Shown piece by piece: positions 1 to 8,552 of a stretch of 43,768 nucleotides of DNA. The stretch is taken from the IMG/VR virus record IMGVR_UViG_3300031176_000060, positions 1 through 43,768 of that record, one strand, 5' to 3'. Position 1 is the first letter of the stretch, and every line of letters begins with the position of its first letter. Source of the stretch: a virus. Lineage: Duplodnaviria; Caudoviricetes. Below the pieces are notes generated by a model. The model worked only from the letters and a program-made list of their open reading frames with translations. It was not told where the DNA came from and made no database searches. The translations under genes and the position numbers were made by a program.

Positions 1-222
1 TCAATATCCTGCAGCATAGCGATTCACCACTGGGGCAACGGCAAGGATGTTGTCAACGGAGAATACGCGAAACGCCCGACGCGCAAAGCAATAGGCTTTC
101 ACCCGGCCGCTGCTGATTTCATGTATCCGGACCGTTCTCTTCGACGTTCGGCCGCTGCGATCCAAATAGATGATCTCGACAAGATGACCGCTGTTCATAT
201 AGCGCTGTAAGTCCCCGAGCAT
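1..222 (-). CDS. Small WYL/YolD-like protein, probably SOS-inducible
   Basis: VEIIYLDRSGRTSKRTVRI...AYCFARRAFRVFSVDNI resembles a WYL-type SH3-like fold; GAGGGG RBS before ATG at 222; LexA boxes upstream. Confidence 0.7.
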   Translation of the reverse strand: MLGDLQRYMNSGHLVEIIYLDRSGRTSKRTVRIHEISSGRVKAYCFARRAFRVFSVDNILAVAPVVNRYAAGY

Positions 223-242
223 AGTTGTTCCCCTCGCACACA

Positions 243-279
243 AGAACATTTGTTTGTATTTTACACGAACGTTTGTTCT
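243..279. promoter_or_regulatory. Two Firmicute LexA (SOS) boxes over the promoter of the 1..222 gene
   Basis: AGAAC-ATTT-GTTTG (243-256) and CGAAC-GTTT-GTTCT (266-279) vs consensus CGAAC-N4-GTTCG; minus-strand TTGAAA-18-TAAAAT brackets the second box. Confidence 0.8.
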
Positions 280-375
280 GTTTTCAAGACAATTTTCACC
301 TAGATCTGTTCGCTTTCCATCAATTGGTGTAGAATTATGTAAATAAAAGTCAGAAAAATTTGCGAGGTGCCCTGG

Positions 376-1401
376 ATGAATGCATTAAATTTCATACCTG
401 TGATTCCAAAAGAAAAACAATACTGGCTTGTTAGGACTCAGGGAGGTAGATACTATCGCGATTTTAAAACAGGTGGATTCATTGCAATCAACTGGGATTC
501 TATTACCTTTGATGACATAGAAGCACTGAATTTTTCTGAATTAACTCAAAAAGTTAAACAAGCGTATCCGGAAAAAAAGAAACCCGGTCGTACAGCAAAT
601 CAGTTACGGATATTTCACCAAGTGATTAAGCCTGGAGATATTGTGATTATCACGAGTTATGCTTCGAGTGAATTTTCAATTGGTGAAATCATGGATGAAC
701 CCCCTTATATACAAGTAGTTACAGAAGCGGAATTAGAAGCGAATCCACGATTGTGTCCATATCAAAAAAGAAGACGAGTTAAATGGTTGAAAACTTTACA
801 TAAGTGGGACGTAGATAAGGAATTATTTAAGTTGATTCAGCATGCCCAACATACAATCTCTGAAGCGAACAATTACGCTGATTCAATCGAAAGTCATATC
901 CACAATTTTTATATCAGGGGGAATGAGGCACATTTAGTCTTAGAAGTGAAAAAAGAAGATAGTATTCCATTCACCGATTTTTACCGTATGGGGAATGAGA
1001 TTATTCAACTAGTGGAAGAATTCTCAAAAGAAACTAAGAAATTCAATATCAATCTTAATGAGATTGAAATTAAGGTCAATGTATCATCGCCCGGTAAAAT
1101 AACATTTAAAGGAACTGTACTCACTTTAGGCATTTTAGGTTTCCTTATTGTGGGTACATTAGGTGGGGGTGTTAAAATACCGATGCCCTCGTTTACTGGT
1201 CTTGAGCCGATCGAAATTCAACTGAATGGTGCGCTCCATGAAATATCCGAATTCCTAGATAGGAAACAAGCTCGTGAACATAGAGACTTATTATTAAAAA
1301 CCTACATGGAACATTTAGAAGTTAAAGCTCCTGCGGAATTGGTCGATCTTTTGAAGGCTGTCGAGGCAACAAATGAGCAAAATGACGCTTCTGAAAAATG
1401 A
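376..1401 (+). CDS. Moron: N-terminal EVE/PUA-like domain (as on Mrr-associated restriction proteins) plus C-terminal TM segment; candidate defence protein
   Basis: YWLVR..GG...F...GFIAINW, IKPGDIVI, RRRVKW motifs; hydrophobic VLTLGILGFLIVGTLGGG; AT-rich; opposite strand to phage; GAGGTG RBS favours ATG 376 over GTG 367. Confidence 0.6.
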   Translation: MNALNFIPVIPKEKQYWLVRTQGGRYYRDFKTGGFIAINWDSITFDDIEALNFSELTQKVKQAYPEKKKPGRTANQLRIFHQVIKPGDIVIITSYASSEFSIGEIMDEPPYIQVVTEAELEANPRLCPYQKRRRVKWLKTLHKWDVDKELFKLIQHAQHTISEANNYADSIESHIHNFYIRGNEAHLVLEVKKEDSIPFTDFYRMGNEIIQLVEEFSKETKKFNINLNEIEIKVNVSSPGKITFKGTVLTLGILGFLIVGTLGGGVKIPMPSFTGLEPIEIQLNGALHEISEFLDRKQAREHRDLLLKTYMEHLEVKAPAELVDLLKAVEATNEQNDASEK

Positions 1402-1452
1402 TCATTTGGTATATACTATGCTTAATCGCAAAAGCAGAAAGGATGTTAACCC

Positions 1453-1659
1453 ATGGATGTGTTTTTGAATACAGTGTCCGTGATTGGTACCTTCTTCTGC
1501 GTTTTTGGACTGCTGTTCTTTGTTCAACGATATACAATTGGCTTCTTGCCTTTCTTCAAGAAGCAACTCAAAAATCAGCTCTCTATTGGAGATGTTTTCT
1601 TCTCCATTACTTCTATCATGTTTATTGTATTTTTCGTCGATTTTTATACTCCTTATTAA
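1453..1659 (+). CDS. Small two-TM membrane protein, probably co-transcribed with 376..1401
   Basis: AAAGGA RBS; two hydrophobic stretches; ends just before the terminator. Confidence 0.7.
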   Translation: MDVFLNTVSVIGTFFCVFGLLFFVQRYTIGFLPFFKKQLKNQLSIGDVFFSITSIMFIVFFVDFYTPY

Positions 1660-1702
1660 AAAAAGCCCTCTGGCGGTTCGTCGCCAGAGGGCTGCTGTTT
1701 TT
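1660..1702. terminator. Bidirectional rho-independent terminator
   Basis: AAAAA-GCCCTCTGGCG-gttcgt-CGCCAGAGGGC-tgctgTTTTT between convergent genes. Confidence 0.85.
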
Positions 1703-1886
1703 ACTCTGCTTTCGGTTTACGGTTGTTCAAGAAGGCCGCTACCACGGTGGCCACGGCAGCAGCGCCGTTCGCAATCGCGTTGATCTGCTCGTCCGTGATG
1801 ATCGAGTAACCGAACGCCTCCAGCGCCAGTTTGGCGGCGCCCAGCAGGCCAGTGATCAGTACTACAGTGTTTCCCTCTTTCTTCAT
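1701..1886 (-). CDS. Phage holin (SPP1-like small holin)
   Basis: 61 aa, two hydrophobic segments, ITDEQIN..AN motif, basic tail; directly after endolysin. Confidence 0.7.
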   Translation of the reverse strand: MKKEGNTVVLITGLLGAAKLALEAFGYSIITDEQINAIANGAAAVATVVAAFLNNRKPKAE

Positions 1887-1887
1887 G

Positions 1888-2745
1888 TCACGCACATCCT
1901 TTCTTCAGTTTCACGGTTTTCGTTTCCCTGCACCACTCGACCGCCAAGCCAAGGACTGCAGCCATCTCTCGGGCCGGCGCGTAGGACGTGCCGTTCTCGA
2001 TGATTTCCGTCACGTCTTTTCCGTTCACGCGGACCTGCTTAGTAGTTGCACACCATTCCACCTTGCCGCCGGAAGCATCGGCCACAGCTCGGATCGGCAA
2101 CCAGGATACTCCGTCTCGGAGGTAACCCTGGACCGGCAGGCGGCAGCCATTGATCTCTACGGAAACCTTATCCACAGGTTTTTGTGCTGGTTGTGGATTT
2201 TCTGTGACTAAATTTTTTTGAACATCTTCCTTGAACTTCGCCCAGGCTTGCGCCGCTGTCAGTCCGGTGTACTTCCGTGCGAAGTCATCCGACACAAAAT
2301 AGGCCGGGCAGTTCTTTCCGGTGATGTCGAAGTGGCGCCACAGCCTGTCCACTCCCCATCCATACCGCTTCAGGATGTCGGCGGCCAACTCCACCGTGCG
2401 GCGGTACGTTTCCTGGAAGTTGCCGTCCGCGTTGACGCACATCTCAATCCCAATCGTGCAGTTGTTCGGATAGCTGCTCAACTTGGCTACCGCCTCCCGT
2501 TTGTACTGCTTGGCGCCGACGTGGTAGGCCATTTCGTTTTCGGGCAGGCAGCGTACGATTTGCTTGTCGTCCACGATGTAGTGCGCGCTTGCCTCAGTTG
2601 TAGGCTTGTTGAAGTAGTTGCGGTTGGCCACAGCGTTCGCGCCTTTGCCCTCGTTGGCCGTCCAGTGGATGACAAGGCCCCGGGGGGTAATCTTGGTCCC
2701 GGGGCGCGCGTTTTTGTTTGTCAGAAGCATGTCGGTAATCTGCAT
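1888..2745 (-). CDS. Endolysin: N-acetylmuramoyl-L-alanine amidase (Amidase_2) with C-terminal copper-amine-oxidase-N-like binding domain
   Basis: VIHWTAN, SAHYIVD, AYHVG, IGIEMC, RHFDITGKNCP motifs; C-terminal LPIRAVA..GGKVEW repeats. Confidence 0.93.
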   Translation of the reverse strand: MQITDMLLTNKNARPGTKITPRGLVIHWTANEGKGANAVANRNYFNKPTTEASAHYIVDDKQIVRCLPENEMAYHVGAKQYKREAVAKLSSYPNNCTIGIEMCVNADGNFQETYRRTVELAADILKRYGWGVDRLWRHFDITGKNCPAYFVSDDFARKYTGLTAAQAWAKFKEDVQKNLVTENPQPAQKPVDKVSVEINGCRLPVQGYLRDGVSWLPIRAVADASGGKVEWCATTKQVRVNGKDVTEIIENGTSYAPAREMAAVLGLAVEWCRETKTVKLKKGCA

Positions 2746-2749
2746 GGCG

Positions 2750-2944
2750 TTACCTCCTCAGTTGGTCTTCCATACGGTCAAGCCGCTCGATGACCAGATC
2801 GTATTTCTCCGAGAACTTCTCCAGGATGTCCTGCAGGCGTTGTTCCCGCTCACGTGCTTCTTTCTTTGTGGTAAACAAGAGCCAAACGAAAAGGCCAGCG
2901 AACGGACCTTGCTGAATCAACGTGTTCCAAAGTGTTTCTTCCAT
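2750..2944 (-). CDS. BhlA/UviB-family holin-like protein
   Basis: QQGPFAGLFVWLLF..KKE..REQRLQ signature; 64 aa from ATG 2944. Confidence 0.88.
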   Translation of the reverse strand: MEETLWNTLIQQGPFAGLFVWLLFTTKKEAREREQRLQDILEKFSEKYDLVIERLDRMEDQLRR

Positions 2945-3068
2945 GTGCTCCCCCACTTGTCTCTTTCTAACCCCGATCGGTTCGGGGCGGGCTCTCAGTC
3001 TTGATGCAAAATGGGGAGCCGCGGCCCCCATGAAAAAACGCCCTTCCCGCTGTGGAAAAGACGTCATT

Positions 3069-3218
3069 TTACTCTGTTGTTTGTTGTGGATTGGTGATGA
3101 TTTCCGTTTTTTCGTTTTCAGTGATGTAGCCTTTTTGCACAGCCGTGGTGAGCTGATCCTCACCCCATGCGCCAGATTGCCAGCGCATTAAACAATAGGA
3201 ATAAAGTTTGCTTGCCAT
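3069..3218 (-). CDS. XkdX-family protein (49 aa, not in ORF track)
   Basis: Hand translation MASKLYSYCLMRWQSGAWGEDQLTTAVQKGYITENEKTEII...; AV.KG.IT..E...I motif; AGGAGG RBS. Confidence 0.8.
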   Translation of the reverse strand: MASKLYSYCLMRWQSGAWGEDQLTTAVQKGYITENEKTEIITNPQQTTE

Positions 3219-3235
3219 CGATTATTCCTCCTTTC

Positions 3236-3520
3236 TCATCCTAACAGAAGGGCATCGACTGCCTCTTGGGTGATTCGAAGTTGTTCTTCCAGTTGTGCGA
3301 TCTTTTCCTCTGGCGTGAGCGGACGGTCCAAATATTCATACCACAATTCTTTGGTCCGCGGATTAACGTATAGGACACCAGACTTTCCCACTTGTGGTTG
3401 TTCTTCCGGGATGGAATTAACCAGCATCGAATTGTCATCTGTTAGGCCGTCGTGCTGGTATTCAATAACTGTAACAATCGCTTTGTCTTCGCTGATTTTT
3501 GAAAATCTAATCTTCAACAT
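3236..3520 (-). CDS. Tail-fibre-associated/chaperone protein
   Basis: GK..VLYVNP.TKELWYEY.DRPLTPEE + coiled coil, typical of genes between fibre and XkdX. Confidence 0.6.
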   Translation of the reverse strand: MLKIRFSKISEDKAIVTVIEYQHDGLTDDNSMLVNSIPEEQPQVGKSGVLYVNPRTKELWYEYLDRPLTPEEKIAQLEEQLRITQEAVDALLLG

Positions 3521-3526
3521 GATTTA

Positions 3527-4585
3527 TCACCTCTTCAAAATTTGTTTTGCTAATTTGTAAACTCCGTATTCTCCGGAGAAAAAGCAAGCTACCATTCCTG
3601 CCCCTATTTTCGCCGCCCTTCCTTGCCAATCCGAGCCAGTACCCACTTTCGGAGAGGTTTTCAGGAAGAGAACTTCGCTGGTAACAAGGTCCACAATAGC
3701 AAAGCCTTCATTTGTCGCGAAGGGGAACGGTAAGCAAACAACATCAGGAGCGATCTCGATAGGTTGGCACGGTTGTCCAATGCCTGTGACCGTAATTGTT
3801 TTTATCTCCGTTCCTGCGATCGGGTCAATTACTTTCACTTGCCCGCCCAAACATGCAACCGCATAACTTTGTGTGAAACAACATGTCCAGTTAAATCCGC
3901 TTGCCGATATACTTTTTGCAAACGAACCCGTAAGATTCTTAATCACGACAACGTTATTCGATGTCTGCGGGAAAATTACACGGTCTTTGGTAATGTCAAT
4001 GTCACAACCATACATCGTATTTCCTACCGAGTTATTAAGACTATGTGAACGAACGATATTTAGGTTTAAATCGGCAACATCAATATGTCCCGTCCATACA
4101 CAAAAATAGATTTCGTTACCAATAAGTTGGACGTGATATGCACCTATAGATGAACCGGTTGTTGTGCTTCTTACCCTTTTTATCGCCGCCCCTGTTTGAG
4201 CGTTCACCTCTGCCACTACCGCATAATAACTTTCACCGGATTTTCCGTATATATACAAACGCCCGTCCTCGGTTACGATCAGATCGTCATACGTCGCAAT
4301 TTCAAAATTTGGATCAGACGAAAGAGGGAGATTGATTGTCCTTTTTAGCACCCCAGTTGTAGCATCGTGTACGAATACTTGTTTTGTTTTTCGAGAAAGA
4401 GCATAGATTTCATTAGCTGATTGTCGATACCGCAATGCATGGACGTTATTTATATTGTGTGTCGTCGCTTTACTCCAGATAGTTTTTTTAACGTCCACAA
4501 ACTCGTAAATTTGGACGGGTAAATCTTGTCCAACACGAAGGCCTCCACCTTTCCCGTGGGCAGCTAACACTTGTATTACGTCCAT
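3527..4585 (-). CDS. Putative receptor-binding/tail accessory protein with beta-propeller-like repeats
   Basis: Repeated D..TG...(K/R)TI strand motifs; position after tail fibre; lower GC than flanks; GGAGGTG RBS. Confidence 0.6.
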   Translation of the reverse strand: MDVIQVLAAHGKGGGLRVGQDLPVQIYEFVDVKKTIWSKATTHNINNVHALRYRQSANEIYALSRKTKQVFVHDATTGVLKRTINLPLSSDPNFEIATYDDLIVTEDGRLYIYGKSGESYYAVVAEVNAQTGAAIKRVRSTTTGSSIGAYHVQLIGNEIYFCVWTGHIDVADLNLNIVRSHSLNNSVGNTMYGCDIDITKDRVIFPQTSNNVVVIKNLTGSFAKSISASGFNWTCCFTQSYAVACLGGQVKVIDPIAGTEIKTITVTGIGQPCQPIEIAPDVVCLPFPFATNEGFAIVDLVTSEVLFLKTSPKVGTGSDWQGRAAKIGAGMVACFFSGEYGVYKLAKQILKR

Positions 4586-4596
4586 CCTCTCACCTC

Positions 4597-5589
4597 CTAC
4601 GCAATATTTGTAATGTCTCCGTCCGTGTCGTATGTCATCGTCCACACCTTCGTCTCGACCGGCGTTGTTCCATCCGCTGCGTAATACGTCCAGGTGTCCG
4701 TCTGATAGTTTCCGTTCGCGTCTGGGTTGCTCAAGACCGAGCGCATGAACAGTGTGTCGTCCTGACGGCGGTATTCCACGGTCGTAAAGATGCCATTAGC
4801 GTCCTTCCCGCTCTTGGTCACCTTGTAGTTGGCCAACTTGTCGGCCACGATCCGCCCGAATCCGTCCCGCGTCGGGATCTGGTTTGGGCCGGCGCCGACG
4901 GTTTTACCTCCCACGCTGGCCGCGTCGCCAGTGATGCTCACATTTGCTTTACCATCCGCCCCCAGGCGCAGCACCTTGTTGGCACCGCTTGTCGCTACCT
5001 CTGAATGCTGGACGAAGTCGGAGGCGTGTTTACCGTCCACGGTGTCGGCATCACCGGTAATGGAGAACTCACCTTTCCCCGTGCTGTTCAGCCGAGGAAT
5101 CTTGTTTGCTCCATTCGGAGCTACCTCGGTCTGCTTGACAAACGTGGAACTGTCAACGACTGCGCGCCGGTCATTGGATGTGATTACGCTGCTGGCATCC
5201 GTAGCAAAATACCAAAGAAGGCATTTCGCTTGCGCGGTTGCTTGGTTCGTAGTGATTTTGACCACACCGTCGGAATCAAGGTAAATGTATTGGCCCTGTG
5301 TCGGGTTCAGCGCGATGCTGCCGGCCGAGACATCGAAGCGCACGCCGTTCACGTAGGCTGACCCCGACGTCCAACTTGCGATCAATCCATTTGCTATGAA
5401 GGTCAGTCCCGAAATGACAGAGCTGCCGATAACGCTCTGGGCGAGGCTTTCAACCAACTGGTGCGCCTTCTCAACGCCGCTTTCCAGGTTGTTGAGGCGG
5501 TTCGCCGTTACCTTTGTCCCCTGCTGGACAACTTCGCCAGTGCTCGGGTCGATGATATGGTCGACCCATGTATTCTTTTGATAGCTCAT
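4597..5589 (-). CDS. Tail fibre protein
   Basis: N-terminal Y.K..W.D..GT.VTA.RLNNLE.G; internal ~42-aa duplicate (GANK..RL...GK...SITGDA..V.GK); DADTVDGKHASDF motif. Confidence 0.75.
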   Translation of the reverse strand: MSYQKNTWVDHIIDPSTGEVVQQGTKVTANRLNNLESGVEKAHQLVESLAQSVIGSSVISGLTFIANGLIASWTSGSAYVNGVRFDVSAGSIALNPTQGQYIYLDSDGVVKITTNQATAQAKCLLWYFATDASSVITSNDRRAVVDSSTFVKQTEVAPNGANKIPRLNSTGKGEFSITGDADTVDGKHASDFVQHSEVATSGANKVLRLGADGKANVSITGDAASVGGKTVGAGPNQIPTRDGFGRIVADKLANYKVTKSGKDANGIFTTVEYRRQDDTLFMRSVLSNPDANGNYQTDTWTYYAADGTTPVETKVWTMTYDTDGDITNIA

Positions 5590-5906
5590 GATGTGCTCAC
5601 CTCCACTTTTACTTCAAATTCAAAAGCGATCAGCAAGCCGCTGTCGCCTTTTGTGATGCTTAGGGGTTTCGTCGCCAGGGCGTTTCCGGTGCTATCGACC
5701 AAAGACGCTGCCTGAATTTGTCCCTGGGCTTGCACGTCGTCCAAATAGATGTATTTGGTGACCTTCATCCCGTTGATGCTTGTCTTGAAAATGGGGTAGG
5801 TTTTTACCTGCCCGTCGACGTTTACCAAAGCATTTGCCACATGGCCGTTCAAATCATCCCGAAGCAATTCAAGCAGCCGGTTTTGAACGATTGCCAATGT
5901 TCTCAC
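5586..5906 (-). CDS. Baseplate/tail-fibre attachment protein (hypothetical)
   Basis: Coupled between baseplate and fibre genes. Confidence 0.55.
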   Translation of the reverse strand: MRTLAIVQNRLLELLRDDLNGHVANALVNVDGQVKTYPIFKTSINGMKVTKYIYLDDVQAQGQIQAASLVDSTGNALATKPLSITKGDSGLLIAFEFEVKVEVSTS

Positions 5907-5909
5907 CTC

Positions 5910-6557
5910 CTATTCCGGAACAGAGTAGAACGTATTGGTCAGCGGGTAGTCCACCGTGTGGGTGCGTGCAGATTCGGCTACAGCCACAGCTTCACGGAAG
6001 ATACGGCCTTCCAAGTCGTCCTCAGTGTAGAACATACCGCAGATGGGATATTCAACCTCGAAAGAGCGAGCGGAAGCCGAGACGATTATCGACTCCGGTT
6101 TCGTTCTGGCCAAAACCGAAAAGCTCAAATGCTTGGGCCGCATTTCGTATACCGTCTCAACTAGCCTTTCATAATCAAGGAGGTCGTCAATTTCAACTAC
6201 CACCTCGAAACGCTTCTCACGCCCGTACTCCACCACAGTTGCACGCTTGGTCCGAGTAAATTCTCCTGCGATTTTCTCCATTTCCTCGGGCGTGATCAGC
6301 GGAGGAATGTTATGCCGCGCTAGAACCCGCGCTCGCCGGGCTTCAATTGGTGTTCCTTCCGGGAGCGGCGGAAGTTTCAACTGCTTTTCCCACTCAGACA
6401 GTCCCCATGTTGCGAGGATCGGATTGCCCTGTTTAAACACGTCCAGAGCAAAGTCAACAAGCAGGTCGGTTTCGCCTTCGACGGCGCCAAATATGCCATT
6501 GGCGATCTTAGACTTTTTGTAATAGGGAGGGACCAAGTTAATAAGCCGTTGACTCAT
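5910..6557 (-). CDS. Baseplate wedge protein (YmfQ/DUF2313-like)
   Basis: ATWGLSEWEK.L, RRARVLAR, RPKHL motifs; follows baseplate J. Confidence 0.8.
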   Translation of the reverse strand: MSQRLINLVPPYYKKSKIANGIFGAVEGETDLLVDFALDVFKQGNPILATWGLSEWEKQLKLPPLPEGTPIEARRARVLARHNIPPLITPEEMEKIAGEFTRTKRATVVEYGREKRFEVVVEIDDLLDYERLVETVYEMRPKHLSFSVLARTKPESIIVSASARSFEVEYPICGMFYTEDDLEGRIFREAVAVAESARTHTVDYPLTNTFYSVPE

Positions 6558-7663
6558 GCCATCACCTCAAGGGTAACTGTACCGAGTACCGGCACTTCAT
6601 CAGGGCCAAACGTGGCATTTGCCGCTTCCCCGTTGATCGTCAATCCGCTGTAATCCTCCACGCCCTTAATACCGTGCAGCAGCGCGCCTGCTTTGGTCCA
6701 AACGATTGGCCGTGTTGTTTCCTCTGCATCGGTGGATTCCAAAAGGTCCGATAGGTATTCGGCCAGCGCCGCCTTATACGCCTCGGTGACGTCGACGATC
6801 ACGAAATTCTTTGCCAGTTTGACCATTGAGTAAAAGTCGAATGTTTTCGGCATGGCGGCGACCACGAAGATGCCATCGTCACCGGGCCCAAGCGGTCGCT
6901 GGGAAAGGATATGTGCCCGGGCCGCTGCCACAATCGTGGGATCTGGAGGCAATCCATTCTGTCCGAGCAACACAACCCGAACGGTGTTGGGGCCGTCCAA
7001 ATTCTCGAAGACCCTTGCAGCAGTAACACCCGGAACCTCCAAGGCCCACTCTACATAGTGAGCAGCATTCCCTGATGTAGCCCGTCTCCGTACCTTTTGC
7101 CAATACCGGTTTCGAAGGTCTTCATCCGATTCATCGTCAGCTCCGCCTTCTAAATCCGCCAGCAATTCGACCGATTGCAACCCGTTGATCGTTTGTACCG
7201 GCAGCAACTTGGTTCCTGCTTTCAGGTTTCCTTTCTGGCCTGCTTCTTCGGCTTGTAACGACCCGAATCCAACACCCGAACCGTCCAGCCTTACGTCTTC
7301 GGGGATAACAAAAAACAGAGGGGCAATTCCCTCTGTCATAAACCGGGTGCCGGCAGGAATCATGTCGCCTGGAATCCCTGTCAGCTTCATTTGCGGGGTC
7401 GGCAGCTTCGCCTTTGTTGCCAGTTTCCTCGTGATGCCTTGCGTGCTTACGGCGAGGTCAAGATTTTCCCCCTCCGCATATTCAACCCACAGGGCGTAAT
7501 ACAGCGCCAAGATGAATCGATACGCTTCCGCAAGCTCCATGGATGTAGGCTTGAGAAAATCATAGGGGATGCTGCCCTCGTCAACATTCATAGGGCCAGC
7601 GATCGTGAGATACCTGCTGACAAGCCTTTTATAAATCTCTTCTTCCGTGGGAATTTGAATCAT
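6554..7663 (-). CDS. Baseplate J/gp47 protein (XkdT-like)
   Basis: GGADDESDEDLRNR, SGNAAHYVEWALEVPGV, GPNTVRV; ATG 7663 overlaps upstream stop. Confidence 0.92.
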   Translation of the reverse strand: MIQIPTEEEIYKRLVSRYLTIAGPMNVDEGSIPYDFLKPTSMELAEAYRFILALYYALWVEYAEGENLDLAVSTQGITRKLATKAKLPTPQMKLTGIPGDMIPAGTRFMTEGIAPLFFVIPEDVRLDGSGVGFGSLQAEEAGQKGNLKAGTKLLPVQTINGLQSVELLADLEGGADDESDEDLRNRYWQKVRRRATSGNAAHYVEWALEVPGVTAARVFENLDGPNTVRVVLLGQNGLPPDPTIVAAARAHILSQRPLGPGDDGIFVVAAMPKTFDFYSMVKLAKNFVIVDVTEAYKAALAEYLSDLLESTDAEETTRPIVWTKAGALLHGIKGVEDYSGLTINGEAANATFGPDEVPVLGTVTLEVMA

Positions 7664-8103
7664 TCGACGATCACCTCCTGCGGGATGGCGTCCTCGTCTG
7701 TGATCAAGAGAAAGCTGATTTTCAACGCGGCGCCGATCCATTCAAACGTAAAATTCCCGCAGCGATCAACGCCGGGCAGGAATTCAACAGCTTCCCGGAC
7801 AAGGCGCTTTGCCTCGGCTTGCTTCCACTCGCGGGTACCGTCCCCTCTGATAAGCTCCTTCAGTTCATTTCCATACACGGACGTGTAAATGGGGAAGGTG
7901 TATCGATCAGTGCTCAGTGCTTTTTGGCTGTTTTGTTGGACAGCTTCTACTCCATCCAAGATCACCGGTTTTCCGTTGGGCTGATGAATGAACTCCCCCT
8001 GTTCAAAGTCAAAGGCGTATGTCCGCAGAGACGTAACCGTTTGATCAGTCTCGGCTTCCTGAACCTGTGTTGTTTGTTCAAATACCGCGGGGAAAATACT
8101 CAT
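7660..8103 (-). CDS. Baseplate protein DUF2634 (XkdS-like)
   Basis: YAFDFEQGEF, KALSTDRY...IY...YGNEL. Confidence 0.85.
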   Translation of the reverse strand: MSIFPAVFEQTTQVQEAETDQTVTSLRTYAFDFEQGEFIHQPNGKPVILDGVEAVQQNSQKALSTDRYTFPIYTSVYGNELKELIRGDGTREWKQAEAKRLVREAVEFLPGVDRCGNFTFEWIGAALKISFLLITDEDAIPQEVIVE

Positions 8104-8552
8104 GGCCTTCTCACCCTATCCATGATAATGTATAGCGATCCGACTGACGCAACAAGCACGCGGTCGCCCTGCTTCAGGACGTCTTCAAAGCGCAATTGGA
8201 CATTTTCATAGGTGAAGGACGAAATCTGGTTGTGAGGGTCCTGCATTTCGTCATTGACATCGAAGTACAGCCCGTCACCACTCACCAAATCCTTGGCTGT
8301 TTTGTCACCCAGGTCTCTTTCCTTCCCCTCTGTATGTTCGATGGTTACAACCCTCTCGTGCCGTGTCATCCCCTCACAAATCATGAGAAAATCCTTCCCG
8401 AACGGTGTTGTCAAACCATCGATCAAGATCGACAGATCAGGCGGCGGCGTAATTACAGTGGCCAGTTCCAACCGTACCTCCTTTTGCTGCCCTTCCATTC
8501 CTTTCTTCTGCGAGCCCCCCAACACAAAAGCCAACTTTTGAAAACCGTTCAT
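8100..8552 (-). CDS. DUF2577 (XkdR-like) baseplate spike protein
   Basis: ATVITPPPDLSI, LKQGDRVLV...YIIMDRV. Confidence 0.82.
   Translation of the reverse strand: MNGFQKLAFVLGGSQKKGMEGQQKEVRLELATVITPPPDLSILIDGLTTPFGKDFLMICEGMTRHERVVTIEHTEGKERDLGDKTAKDLVSGDGLYFDVNDEMQDPHNQISSFTYENVQLRFEDVLKQGDRVLVASVGSLYIIMDRVRRP

Noticed and set aside
3527-5589. Diversity-generating retroelement or shufflon acting on tail fibre
   Set aside because: No reverse transcriptase, TR/VR pair or inverted fibre cassettes seen; the recombinase is 28 kb away with its own site array
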